Part shown: piece after piece, positions 49,918-59,310 of the stretch | Layout of the letters: each line of letters starts with the position of its first letter | Position numbering within the stretch: the first letter of the stretch is position 1 | Assembly (NCBI GenBank): GCA_016193485.1 | Contig: JACPRZ010000061.1 | Coordinates: forward strand, 6,855 to 70,854 | From: Bacteroidota bacterium | Lineage (GTDB): Bacteria; Bacteroidota; Bacteroidia; JACPRZ01 | Direction of reading: 5' to 3' | DNA length: 64,000 nucleotides | Notes under the pieces: generated by a model | Databases searched by the model: none | Seen by the model: only the letters and a program-made list of their open reading frames with translations | Told to the model about the DNA's origin: nothing | Position numbers and translations under genes: made by a program

Positions 49918-51087
49918 TCAGATAAACAATCTAACTGCATTTTGGGATACAAGGTTATCAATCTCCTGCTGCGAGTAACCCAACGTTGTCAGTATTTCAA
50001 ATGTGTGTTCCCCATGCATCGGGGCAGGTCTTGAGGTATCCCGTTCAAACCCGCTGAACTTCACGGGTATATTAAATTGCGTAACCGTTCCTTCGCTAGG
50101 ATGTTCTTCGGAAATTACCATATTTCTGGCCATAACCTGTTCATTCTTTGCTGTTTCCGGTAACGTTAAAACAGGAGAAACGCAGCAATCAACATTTTTG
50201 AATCGTTCAGTCCATCCCGAAAGTGTCTTTGTCCTGAAAATATTTTCGAGTTCTGTTTTTACTTTTTCCGCTTCTCCGCCAGAAACTAAGTGGTGAGACA
50301 GCAGGTCTTCCCTTCCGACCGTTTCGCAAAATATTTTCCAGAATTTGAACTCAATCGCGGCTATTGCCATATACCTGCCATCGGCTGTTTCGTAGATGTT
50401 GTAACAGGGTAATGATCCGGTCAACATGCCTCCGGGGAAATCTTTACCGCTGAGGTCCGAAACTGCAGTAACATTGTTTGCCAGAAGTCCGTCAAGGATG
50501 GAAACGTCTATGTACTGACCTTTATCGGTATTTTTTTTCTGGTAAAGGGCTGCAAGGATTCCCATTGCCGCATTCAGCGCGCCACCGGTGATATCAGCAA
50601 TCTGGAAATTTGGAATGGAAGGAATTTCGGATTTTAATATTCCAGCCATTGAGATAAAATTCAAATCATGGCCTGCTTTATCGCGGTAGGGACCGGTTTG
50701 TCCGTAACCCGTAATTGAGCAATAGATTATTTCAGGATTAACTTTTTTTGCCGCCTCGTAATCAATTCCGAGTTTTTTAACAACTCCCGGACGGAAACTT
50801 TCTACAATAACATCGGCTGTTTCGGATAATTTCATGAAAATCTTTTTCCCATTTTCTTTTGTCAGGTCAATCGCTATTGAACGTTTATTCCGGTTTAGTG
50901 CGAGAAAAAAAGAGGATGTTGTTTTTTGCAGCGGAGGGGCAAACCGTGCATAATCCCCCAGTCCGGTATCTTCTACTTTTATAACATCAGCGCCAAGGTC
51001 GGCAAGGTGCAAGGTGCAGAGAGGACCGGGCAGGAGGCGGGTGAGGTCTAAAATAGTAATGCCGGTGAGAGGATTTTGAAGCATCAT
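49918..51087 (-). CDS. CaiB/BaiF family CoA-transferase (racemase-like)
   Basis: LTRLLPGP, LNRNKRSI, ESFRPGV and AGHDLNF. Confidence 0.93.
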   Translation of the reverse strand: MMLQNPLTGITILDLTRLLPGPLCTLHLADLGADVIKVEDTGLGDYARFAPPLQKTTSSFFLALNRNKRSIAIDLTKENGKKIFMKLSETADVIVESFRPGVVKKLGIDYEAAKKVNPEIIYCSITGYGQTGPYRDKAGHDLNFISMAGILKSEIPSIPNFQIADITGGALNAAMGILAALYQKKNTDKGQYIDVSILDGLLANNVTAVSDLSGKDFPGGMLTGSLPCYNIYETADGRYMAIAAIEFKFWKIFCETVGREDLLSHHLVSGGEAEKVKTELENIFRTKTLSGWTERFKNVDCCVSPVLTLPETAKNEQVMARNMVISEEHPSEGTVTQFNIPVKFSGFERDTSRPAPMHGEHTFEILTTLGYSQQEIDNLVSQNAVRLFI

Positions 51088-53204
51088 GAAGCAGTTTGCG
51101 TATGCTTTATAGGTCTAAACCTCCTCCCGTATTTCTTTGCCAGGACTTTACATTCTTCAGCAAACTTCTCCTTCCCCACCATCTCAATCAGTGAAATCAC
51201 CCCCCCCGTATAAGCGGGGAATCCCCATCCGAGGATGGATCCGAGGTCGGCATCCGATGGCTTAACAACAACATTTTCTTCAAGACATTTAATGGCTTCA
51301 AGGGATTGAATGTAGAGAAGACGTTTTTTCAGAATTGTAACTTCAGGTTGATTTTCTGCCGGAGGGAATATTTTTGTCAGTTCCTTCCATAAATACTTTT
51401 TTCCGTCAGCGGGATATTCATAAAATCCTTTACGATCTTTTTTTCCTACGCGTTTAAATTCTTCAACAAACCTCATCGGAATTGATACCGATGCATCAGT
51501 TCTTTGTTTACCGGTATCCTCTTCTGTCTGTTTGAGAATTTTGTAAATAAGGTCAATGGCTACCTCATCGGCAAGGGCAAGGGGTCCAACCGGCATTCCG
51601 GCCGCTTTGCCTGCATTTTCAATCAGAGCAGGAGCGATCCCTTCGGCAAGCATTTCAAAACCTTCATAAAGATATGATGCAAACACCCGTGAAGTGTAAA
51701 ATCCCCTGCTGTCGTTTACAACTATCGGTGTTTTTTTGATCTTCCTTATAAAATCAATGGCAACAGCAATAGCGTAATTTGATGTTTTCTTGCCTACAAT
51801 TACCTCTATAAGGGGCATTTTATCCACAGGTGAAAAGAAATGTAACCCGATGAAATTTTCAGGCCGTGCCGATGCTTTTGCCAGACCGGTAATTGGCAGG
51901 GTGGACGTATTAGATGCAAACACCGCATTTTTACTGAGTACCGCTTCCGATTCTTTTGTTACGGTTGCCTTCAGTTCCCTGTTTTCAAAGACCGCTTCTA
52001 TGACCAGATCACAACCCGCCATATCTGCAGGATTACCTGTAGTGCTGATTTTATTGAGAATATTTTCAACTTTTTCTTTCGTTGTCTGGTTTTTTGATAG
52101 TTTTTCGTTCAGTAATTTTTCCGAATATCCCTTTCCCTTGTCTGCATTTTCCTTTGATACATCTTTAAGCACAACTTCAGTTCCGGCCGATGCAGCAGCG
52201 TAAGCAATCCCCGCTCCCATCATGCCGGCACCGAGAATGCCTATCTTCTTTATGTCAGCAGCCGGAATATCCGTTGGGCGCGCAATGCCTTTGTCGGCTT
52301 CGTTTTTTACGAAGAAGAGTGTCCGTATCAGGTTCTTCGCTTCAACCGACATTACGCATTTTGCGAAATAGCGAAGTTCCACTTCCAGTGCACGGTCGAA
52401 CGGCAATTGCAATCCCTCATAGACGCTGTTAAGGATGGCCTGCGGGGCAGGGTAATTCCCAAAAGTTTTTTTCATGAGCAGTCCACCGGCAACCGACAGC
52501 ATCATCGCATTATTGGGAGAATTCACTCCCCCCCCAGGAATTCTGAACTCCTTTTTATCCCATGGCTGGATGCACTTTCCGGGATCCGGACTTTGAAGCG
52601 GAGGGCTGCCGAGAATCCATTGTTTTGCAGCAGGCCGAAGTTCTTCCTGCGTATTTACCAGTGCATTGACGAGTCCTTTTTTCAGGGCTTCTTCCGGGCG
52701 GAGTTTTTTACCTTCCAGCAGGAATGGAAGCGATTCCTGTATCCCGATTAACCGCGGCAGCCGCTGCGTTCCACCGCCTCCGGGCAAAAGGCCGAGCAGC
52801 ACTTCCGGCAGGCCAATTTGCATTCCGGGGTTGTTTACGGCAATGCGGTAATGGCAGGCGAGGCATACTTCATATCCGCCACCAACGGCAGTTCCATTGA
52901 TGGCTGCAACGACCGGCTTGCCGCCTGTTTCCATCTTGCGGAAAAGGGCATGTAATTTCCGGGTTACGTTAATAATATCTTCTGCCTTTGTAACATTTCG
53001 CAGTCCATTTAGATCTCCTCCAACGATAAAATCCTTTTTGGCAGATGCCAGAATGAGACCTTTAACATCTTTATCCGCCAGGGCGCGGGAAACGCAATCA
53101 TCGAAAGCATCAATGACTGCCGGGTTAACCACATTTACCGGTGAGTTGGGGAGGTCAAAGGTTATAGTTGAAATACCATCAGGATCTTGATTTAGTGTTA
53201 CCAT
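51084..53204 (-). CDS. Multifunctional enoyl-CoA hydratase / 3-hydroxyacyl-CoA dehydrogenase (FadB/FadJ type)
   Basis: GGGYEVCLAC, PEVLLGLLPG, GAGMMGAGIA, EAVFE and LHFFSP. Confidence 0.95.
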   Translation of the reverse strand: MVTLNQDPDGISTITFDLPNSPVNVVNPAVIDAFDDCVSRALADKDVKGLILASAKKDFIVGGDLNGLRNVTKAEDIINVTRKLHALFRKMETGGKPVVAAINGTAVGGGYEVCLACHYRIAVNNPGMQIGLPEVLLGLLPGGGGTQRLPRLIGIQESLPFLLEGKKLRPEEALKKGLVNALVNTQEELRPAAKQWILGSPPLQSPDPGKCIQPWDKKEFRIPGGGVNSPNNAMMLSVAGGLLMKKTFGNYPAPQAILNSVYEGLQLPFDRALEVELRYFAKCVMSVEAKNLIRTLFFVKNEADKGIARPTDIPAADIKKIGILGAGMMGAGIAYAAASAGTEVVLKDVSKENADKGKGYSEKLLNEKLSKNQTTKEKVENILNKISTTGNPADMAGCDLVIEAVFENRELKATVTKESEAVLSKNAVFASNTSTLPITGLAKASARPENFIGLHFFSPVDKMPLIEVIVGKKTSNYAIAVAIDFIRKIKKTPIVVNDSRGFYTSRVFASYLYEGFEMLAEGIAPALIENAGKAAGMPVGPLALADEVAIDLIYKILKQTEEDTGKQRTDASVSIPMRFVEEFKRVGKKDRKGFYEYPADGKKYLWKELTKIFPPAENQPEVTILKKRLLYIQSLEAIKCLEENVVVKPSDADLGSILGWGFPAYTGGVISLIEMVGKEKFAEECKVLAKKYGRRFRPIKHTQTAS

Positions 53205-53289
53205 AAGTTAATCAGGTTTGGATGATTGAATGCATGGATGTAGGGATGCATGAATGCGGGGATGCATGACTGCAAGGATACATGAATGT

Positions 53290-53412
53290 CGGATTTAACT
53301 TATTCATAATATCATGAACCAGTTTGTATAATTCAATAGCAAGCAACCAAATATCGAGTTTCCTGAAACCCCTGTTAATATTACGGTTTCTGTTTAAAAG
53401 TGTATTATCCAT
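53290..53412 (-). pseudogene. Truncated four-helix-bundle (23S rRNA IVS-type) protein gene
   Basis: MDNTLLNRNRNINRGFRKLDIWLLAIELYKLVH matches the family N-terminus. After about 40 codons the frame runs into an 8-mer array. Confidence 0.7.
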
Positions 53413-53532
53413 AGTTCAAAAATAGTGATATAATAAATCAACTGGTCATGCACTCATGCAAGCATGCAACATAGCAACCTTGCATCCATGCACTCTTGAA
53501 ACTATGCAAACTTGCATTCTTGCATCCTCCCA

Positions 53533-54741
53533 TTACACTCTTTCCACTACTGTCGCAATCCCCATTCCCCCCCCGATGCACAAGGTTACCAAACCGGTTG
53601 TTTTATTTTGCCTTTCAAGTTCATCAAGGATGGTTCCTACAAGCATCGCTCCCGTAGCGCCAAGGGGATGCCCCATGGCTATTGCCCCACCGTTGACATT
53701 TAGTTTATCGTGCGGGATTTTCATTTCATCCATGTAGAATAACGGAACAACGGCAAATGCCTCGTTGACTTCAAAAAGATCGATGTCCGTTACTTCCATT
53801 TTTGCTTTTTTCAATGCTTTGCGTGAGGCAGGAGCGGGTCCTACCAGCATTATAGTCGGTTCGGTGCCGGTAATTGCAAATGATCGGATTCTCGCACGAG
53901 ATTTGAGTGATAATTTCTTCCCGGTTTTTTTGTTGCCGATCAGTACCCCTGAAGCGCCATCTACAATTCCCGATGAATTTCCTGCGTGATGAACATGATG
54001 AATGGTCTCCACTTCCGGGTATCTCTGGATAGCCACAGCATCAAGTCCGGCCAAGGTTCCCATCTGCTCAAAGGATGGTTTAAGAGTGGCAAGGGTTTCA
54101 ACATTCGTATCTGCCCGTACGGCTTCATCTTTATCAAGTATTGTATTTCCAAAAATGTCCTTTACCGGGATCATTGATTTTGCGAACCGGTTTTCTTTCC
54201 ATGCCATTGCCGCCCTGCGGTGCGATCCAGCGGCAAATTCATCGAGTTGCCTGCGGGAATAGTTGTATTTTGTGGCGATAAGGTCTGCCGAGATTCCCTG
54301 CGGAACGAGATAATGGTTCATAATCATAGCGGGATCAGTAAACATACCCCCCCCGTCAGTGCCGAAAGGCACGCGCGACATGGATTCCACCCCACCCGCA
54401 ACGATCAGGTTTGAAAACCCGGAAATGATTTTCGCTGCAGCCATATTGACCGCTTCAAGCCCCGATCCGCAAAAACGGTTTACGGTCACGCCTGAAACAT
54501 TCTGATCCCACCCCGAAGCGATGACGGCTGACTTTGCCACATCCGCTCCCTGGTCTCCTACCTGTGTAACACAGCCGATAATGGCATCTTCAACAAGCGC
54601 TGTGTCAAGATTGTTTCTCTGGCGGATGCCATTCATAACGGTTACGAGGAGGTCAACCGCTTTGACCGTGTGGAGGGAACCGTCTTTTTTTCCCCTTCCC
54701 CTCTGGGTGCGGACGGCATCGTAGATGTATGCTTCGGACAT
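53533..54741 (-). CDS. Acetyl-CoA C-acyltransferase (thiolase)
   Basis: [20 protein letters not shown] and LCIGGG. TATCTTTG promoter at 54795-54802. Confidence 0.96.
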   Translation of the reverse strand: MSEAYIYDAVRTQRGRGKKDGSLHTVKAVDLLVTVMNGIRQRNNLDTALVEDAIIGCVTQVGDQGADVAKSAVIASGWDQNVSGVTVNRFCGSGLEAVNMAAAKIISGFSNLIVAGGVESMSRVPFGTDGGGMFTDPAMIMNHYLVPQGISADLIATKYNYSRRQLDEFAAGSHRRAAMAWKENRFAKSMIPVKDIFGNTILDKDEAVRADTNVETLATLKPSFEQMGTLAGLDAVAIQRYPEVETIHHVHHAGNSSGIVDGASGVLIGNKKTGKKLSLKSRARIRSFAITGTEPTIMLVGPAPASRKALKKAKMEVTDIDLFEVNEAFAVVPLFYMDEMKIPHDKLNVNGGAIAMGHPLGATGAMLVGTILDELERQNKTTGLVTLCIGGGMGIATVVERV

Positions 54742-54847
54742 TATGAGTGAATATTAAAAACGATAAATATCTTTACGATGAGCGATTTGAATGACAAAGA
54801 TAAAAAAATGCTTCTATCTATATTATGACTTTTTAATTGTTTGTTTG

Positions 54848-54904
54848 TTAATTTGTAATTGCATTTTTAAATATCCTGTCAAGATATTTCTCAGTCGGCA
54901 TCAT
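54848..54904 (-). pseudogene. Orphan 3' end of a TPR-family paralog (MMPTEKYLDRIFKNAITN*)
   Basis: The translation matches the C-termini of the two intact TPR genes. Confidence 0.65.
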
Positions 54905-54940
54905 CAGCCCCCCTTTATCCCCCCAAAGGGGGGAAATATG

Positions 54941-56404
54941 CTACTGTTTTAGCCGGTTAAATAATGTATCAAGATATTTCTCTGGTGGCATCATAGCATT
55001 TTGTATCCTCCTTGCGTATCGTATGCTTGCAAGTATATCTTTTTGTTTTTCCTCTATGACGCGTTTTTGCCCGGCAATTTCAATGTTCTTCTTCTTGATC
55101 TGCCGGTAGGCGCGGAAAATAAATGCTGCGAACACAGCCACTAACAATAAACCGCTGACAACTGACCAGAGTATTATCTGCTGTTTCTTCGCCTCGGCCT
55201 TCGCCTTCGCCTCTTTTATCTCCGCCTCCGCCTTCGCCTTCGCCTCCTTTTTATCAAATTCGTATTGCATTTCTTTTCGCACCATTTGTTTTTTATTTTC
55301 CTGACTGAAAATGGAGTCCTTTAATACCATTGCTTTTTTGAAATGCTCCAATGCATCAGCATACTTATCTGATTTCTCATAGAGGTTGCTGAGGTTTTCC
55401 TGAGTGTTTTCCGTATGAAGAAGAAGCCCAATTGTTGTATCTATCGCAAGCGCCCGAAGCAAATACTTTTCCGCGTCAGCATATTTTTCGGTTGAGACAT
55501 ACAACCGCCCTATGTTGCCGAGCCAGATTGCAATTCCACTTTTATTTCCGAGCTCTTCAACAATTTTCAATGCTCTGAAATAATAGGTTAGGGCTTCAGG
55601 AAAATCTTTTAGTTCATAATAGACGCTTCCGATGTTGCCGAGGATTGTTTCAATATTGGTTTTATCTTCTGATTCCTCATCTATTTTCAATGCCCTGAAA
55701 TAATAGTCAAGGGCTTTAAGAAAATCTTTTTGTTCGTAATAGATGCTTCCGATGTTGCCGAGAACTATTGCGATTCCCTGTTTATGATTTAATTCTTCTA
55801 AAATTTTAATCGCCATTAAATAATAGTCAATGGCTTTGGGGTAATCTTTTTGCGCAGAATAGACATTTCCGATGTTGAGGGTGTGCCTTGAAATTCCAAA
55901 TTTATTTCCTATTTCTTCATCTATTTTCAACGCATTCAGGAAATAGTCAAGCGCCCTGGGGTAGTTCCCCTGGTAATCGTAAACAAGTCCGATGTTGCCG
56001 AGATTGGTTGCAATTCGTTTTTTATCACCGATATTTTTATTTATTTTCAATGCCTTCAGAAAATAATCAATGGCTTTGGGGTAATCACCCCGCTCTTTAT
56101 GGATAATTCCATTGTCATTGTACGAATCAGCAATGCCTTTCTGATAATTCAGTTTTTGGGCTATTTCAAAAGAAGCGTTTCCATAATACAATGCAGTATC
56201 GTAATTGCCGATGTTTTGGTATTCGCGGGATAATTTGTTTAAGTAAATAACTTTGTTGGTGTCCTCTTTTGCCGCAAGAAGTATTTTTCTGAGAGAGTCA
56301 ATTTTGCTTTGGGCTATTGAAGATAAAAATGCAAATAAAAAATACAAAATAAAAAACGTAAAATAAATAAGGAAGCGATGTCGCGCTGTATTTCCGGTTT
56401 TCAT
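54941..56404 (-). CDS. Periplasmic TPR sensor with TM helix, ending at the SpoIIE-leading helix
   Basis: Signal-like N-terminus, 40-aa TPRs, TM IILWSVVSGLLLVAVFAAFIF and terminal DILASIRYARRIQNAMMP. Confidence 0.85.
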   Translation of the reverse strand: MKTGNTARHRFLIYFTFFILYFLFAFLSSIAQSKIDSLRKILLAAKEDTNKVIYLNKLSREYQNIGNYDTALYYGNASFEIAQKLNYQKGIADSYNDNGIIHKERGDYPKAIDYFLKALKINKNIGDKKRIATNLGNIGLVYDYQGNYPRALDYFLNALKIDEEIGNKFGISRHTLNIGNVYSAQKDYPKAIDYYLMAIKILEELNHKQGIAIVLGNIGSIYYEQKDFLKALDYYFRALKIDEESEDKTNIETILGNIGSVYYELKDFPEALTYYFRALKIVEELGNKSGIAIWLGNIGRLYVSTEKYADAEKYLLRALAIDTTIGLLLHTENTQENLSNLYEKSDKYADALEHFKKAMVLKDSIFSQENKKQMVRKEMQYEFDKKEAKAKAEAEIKEAKAKAEAKKQQIILWSVVSGLLLVAVFAAFIFRAYRQIKKKNIEIAGQKRVIEEKQKDILASIRYARRIQNAMMPPEKYLDTLFNRLKQ

Positions 56405-56441
56405 ATTTTGTTAAGTGACCCGCTATCAATCGGAATGTTTT

Positions 56442-56552
56442 TTATTTCTTTCTCGCACTAAAAAATATTTTATCAAGAAATTTTTCAGTAGGCATCATCG
56501 CATTCTGTATTCTTCTCGCATAACGTATACTGGCGAGTATGTCATTCTGCTT
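56442..56552 (-). pseudogene. Orphan 3' end of a TPR-family paralog (KQNDILASIRYARRIQNAMMPTEKFLDKIFFSARKK*)
   Basis: 37 codons that differ from the 56590 gene end mostly at synonymous sites over the first two thirds. Confidence 0.75.
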
Positions 56553-56589
56553 AGCCCCCCTTTATCCCCCCAAAAGGGGGAAAAAATAG

Positions 56590-58035
56590 CTACATTCTTG
56601 CCTGCTTAATAATCCTATTAAGATATTTTTCAGTTGGCAACATAGCATTTTGAATTCTGCGGGCATACCGGATGCTGGCAAGAATATCATTTTGCTTTTC
56701 TTCTATTATTCGTTTTTGTCCATCAATTTCAATGTTTTTCTTTTTGATTTGCCGGTATGCGCGGAGAATAAATGCAGCGAACGCAAACACGAGCAATAAA
56801 CCGCTGATAACCGACCAGAGTATTATCTGCTGCTTCCTGCGTTCTGCCGCTGCCACCGCCTCTTTTTTTTCCGCCTCGGCTTTCGCCTTCGCTTCCTTTT
56901 TATCAAATTCGTATTGCATTTCAAAACGGGTTTGCTTTTTGGTGTTTTCTTCATTGTTTATGCTGTCGCGGGCGGTGATGTATTTTTTGTAGTGCTCCAG
57001 CGCAAGTTTATGCCTGCCTGTGGTGTCGTAGAGTTGGGAAAGGGCTTCTTCATTATTTCTTACCCGATTTAATGCTCCAATGCTATCTGCAAGTACAATT
57101 GACTGTTTCAGGTACTCCTCCGCCTCTACGAACTTTCCTGTTTTGATGTAAAGCGAGCCGATGTTGCCGAGGGCGATAGCAATTCCGTTTTTATTTCCGA
57201 GTTCTTCCGCCATTTTCAGCGCCCTGAAATAATAGTCAAGGGACCTTGGGTAGTCGGCTTGGTTATAATAGACAATCCCGATGTTGCCGAGGTGGCGGGC
57301 AATGCCGTTTTTATTTCCCAACTCTTCGTCCATTTTCAGCGCCCTGAAATAATAGTCAAGGGACCTTGGATAATCGGCTTGGGAATTATAGACATTCCCG
57401 ATGTTACCGAGGTCAGCGGCAATATAATTTTTATTTCCCAGTTTCTCATCCATCTTCAGCGCCCTGAAATAATAGTCAAGGGCTTTGGGATAGTCGGCTT
57501 GGGAATTATAGACACTCCCGATGTTGCCGAGGTTGGCAGCAATATTATTTTTATTTCCCAGTTCTTCATTCATTTTCAGCGCCCTGAAATAATAGTCAAG
57601 GGCTTTGGGATAGTCGGCTTGAAAATAATAGACACCCCCGATGTTGCCGAGGCGTTTTGCAATTCCTTCTTTATTATTAAGCGCTTCATCAGTCATTAAT
57701 GCGGCAAAATAATTTTCCAATGCCTTTGGATAATCGCCTTTCGCCCAGTAACCAACACCTGCAGTACCGTAAGCGTTTGCTTTGCCTTTGGGGAAATTTA
57801 TTTTTTCAGCAAGAGCGGCTGCCTGGTGCGCGAGCAAAATAGTTGAATCGGGATTGGCAGAGTAAAGAGCGAAAGCGAGTGCGTTGAGGTGGTTCACTTT
57901 GCCGGTATCTTCTTTATCTTTTTTGATGAAGGAGAGGAGGGAGTCGGTTTTGGTTTGCTGGGCAATGAGCAAAGAATTAAAACACAGGAGAGAAGTAGCG
58001 AGGAAAAGGTATTTGATTACTGGTGTTTTCATCAA
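56590..58035 (-). CDS. Periplasmic TPR sensor with TM helix, paralog of 54941..56404
   Basis: Same architecture. TATTTTTG promoter at 58067-58074. Confidence 0.85.
   Translation of the reverse strand: MMKTPVIKYLFLATSLLCFNSLLIAQQTKTDSLLSFIKKDKEDTGKVNHLNALAFALYSANPDSTILLAHQAAALAEKINFPKGKANAYGTAGVGYWAKGDYPKALENYFAALMTDEALNNKEGIAKRLGNIGGVYYFQADYPKALDYYFRALKMNEELGNKNNIAANLGNIGSVYNSQADYPKALDYYFRALKMDEKLGNKNYIAADLGNIGNVYNSQADYPRSLDYYFRALKMDEELGNKNGIARHLGNIGIVYYNQADYPRSLDYYFRALKMAEELGNKNGIAIALGNIGSLYIKTGKFVEAEEYLKQSIVLADSIGALNRVRNNEEALSQLYDTTGRHKLALEHYKKYITARDSINNEENTKKQTRFEMQYEFDKKEAKAKAEAEKKEAVAAAERRKQQIILWSVISGLLLVFAFAAFILRAYRQIKKKNIEIDGQKRIIEEKQNDILASIRYARRIQNAMLPTEKYLNRIIKQARM
57170..57660. repeat. 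Four near-identical 120-bp TPR-coding repeats
   Basis: gccctgaaataatagtcaag recurs at 57221, 57341, 57461 and 57581. Confidence 0.9.
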
Positions 58036-58053
58036 TTAACAGGATGGTTGCAG

Positions 58054-58085
58054 AGTTTTCCCGAAACAAAAATAGCGAAATTCAC
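58054..58085. repeat. 32-bp direct repeat, left copy (right copy 59208..59239)
   Basis: AGTTTTCCCG(A/T)AACAAAAATAGCGAAATTCAC, 31/32 identical. Confidence 0.85.
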
Positions 58086-58197
58086 CCCATTGGAAAGGGG
58101 GGGTATATGACTCGCCATGCTTTGCCAGATAAAAATAGTACCAGCATTTCCAACGGGGTAAACAAAGTGATTAACGGGGAGGGAATGCGCCAGTAAT

Positions 58198-58443
58198 TTA
58201 TTTTTTGCCGTATGATACCTTGGGTTCTGCAACCGTAAAAACAAGCATTTCGCTTTCGGTGGTATTCTCAGGCAAACGCAAACCCTCTTCCCGCATGCCT
58301 TCTAAATGAAATTGAATGGCATTATAAATATTTTCTTCCGTTTCCTTTCTTGTTCTGCCCGTTGCAATACAGCCGGGTATATCAGGCGAGTAAGCGCTGA
58401 AGCCCCTTTTTGTTTTTTCCAACACAATTAAGTATTTTTTCAT
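58198..58443 (-). CDS. hicB: HicB-family antitoxin (short form)
   Basis: SAYSPDIPGCIATG...AIQFHLEGM. Overlaps the hicA stop. Confidence 0.9.
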   Translation of the reverse strand: MKKYLIVLEKTKRGFSAYSPDIPGCIATGRTRKETEENIYNAIQFHLEGMREEGLRLPENTTESEMLVFTVAEPKVSYGKK

Positions 58444-58643
58444 TTTATATCCGGTTTATCAATTTGCGCCTGCCTGAAAATGCTTGCCAGGGTACCTTTT
58501 GCAATATCGTCAGACAAATGGTGGCAGGCAATAGTTACTAATCCTTTCTTAAAGGTATGCTTGAATTGCATGTGACTTCCTTTTTGTCTTACCGAATACC
58601 ATCCATCTTTTTCAATCAGTTTTATTATTTCCCTTACTTTCAT
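58440..58643 (-). CDS. hicA: HicA-family mRNA interferase toxin
   Basis: DGW...RQKGSHMQFKH...GLVTI...KGTLASI. TACCTTTG promoter at 58661-58668. Confidence 0.92.
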   Translation of the reverse strand: MKVREIIKLIEKDGWYSVRQKGSHMQFKHTFKKGLVTIACHHLSDDIAKGTLASIFRQAQIDKPDIK

Positions 58644-58859
58644 AAAAACATCTACAAGAGCAAAGGTAGAAATTATGTTACCATCGGATCAATCTTATTC
58701 TTTGGGGAGGTCTTATAGTGGATATGTATTACCGGCATGTTCATTTGAAACAGAAATACCGAAATTCATAAAGTGCTTAATGGAACGATAGAATTCACGG
58801 TATGGCTGGCAGCAGGCATTCAAGGCGGCACCAGAACAAAAGTATGAGAGACAGAGAAA

Positions 58860-58910
58860 GATTTCCTTTAAATGGAGGATTGGTCCGGTATCACAAACAA
58901 TCAATCTCAT
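58860..58910 (-). pseudogene. Truncated PIN-domain (DUF3368-like) toxin
   Basis: MRLIVCDTGPILHLKEI is a typical PIN N-terminus with an ATGA overlap to the RHH gene. Similarity stops after about 17 codons. Confidence 0.6.
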
Positions 58911-59110
58911 TGATCTTTTGTTTTCACTTTCAATGCCCACTCAATATCTTCCTTCATGAATCGTTCCATCAGATTAAGCCGGTTATGTCGTATAAACTCA
59001 TGGAGTGCGGTCCGCAGAAGTTCCGCCTCATCGGTAAACCATCCGCTCTTTACATAATTTTCAACTTCCGTTACCAGTTTCTTGGGAAGGGATACCTTAA
59101 TTGTTTTCAT
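58907..59110 (-). CDS. CopG/ribbon-helix-helix antitoxin
   Basis: MKTIKVSLPKKLVTEVENYVKSGWF...ELLRTAL. TACTTTTG promoter at 59185-59192. Confidence 0.8.
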   Translation of the reverse strand: MKTIKVSLPKKLVTEVENYVKSGWFTDEAELLRTALHEFIRHNRLNLMERFMKEDIEWALKVKTKDQ

Positions 59111-59310
59111 AATTTTACCTCAGATTTATTTTCAATATTCCGTTATGCGATATGCTTTCTGTAATTCGTGTTATTGATAGTACGCAAAAGTACAAATTAT
59201 TCAAATTAGTTTTCCCGTAACAAAAATAGCGAAATTCACAATGAGATTAACGGGGCGGGAGAAGGAAAAAACAAGATAGAGCCAAACAAATAAAAGTAAT
59301 AAAATACAAA

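Noticed and set aside
56442-56700. Possible DGR template/variable region pair at the TPR 3' end
   Set aside because: The differences are mainly synonymous third-position changes of all types rather than adenine-specific, and there is no reverse transcriptase in the window.
57170-57660. Possible CRISPR array
   Set aside because: The 120-bp period is entirely TPR-coding, with no unique spacers and no cas genes.
58713-58940. 75-aa ORF as an intact toxin
   Set aside because: Only about 17 codons from 58910 resemble a PIN domain. The rest is unrelated.
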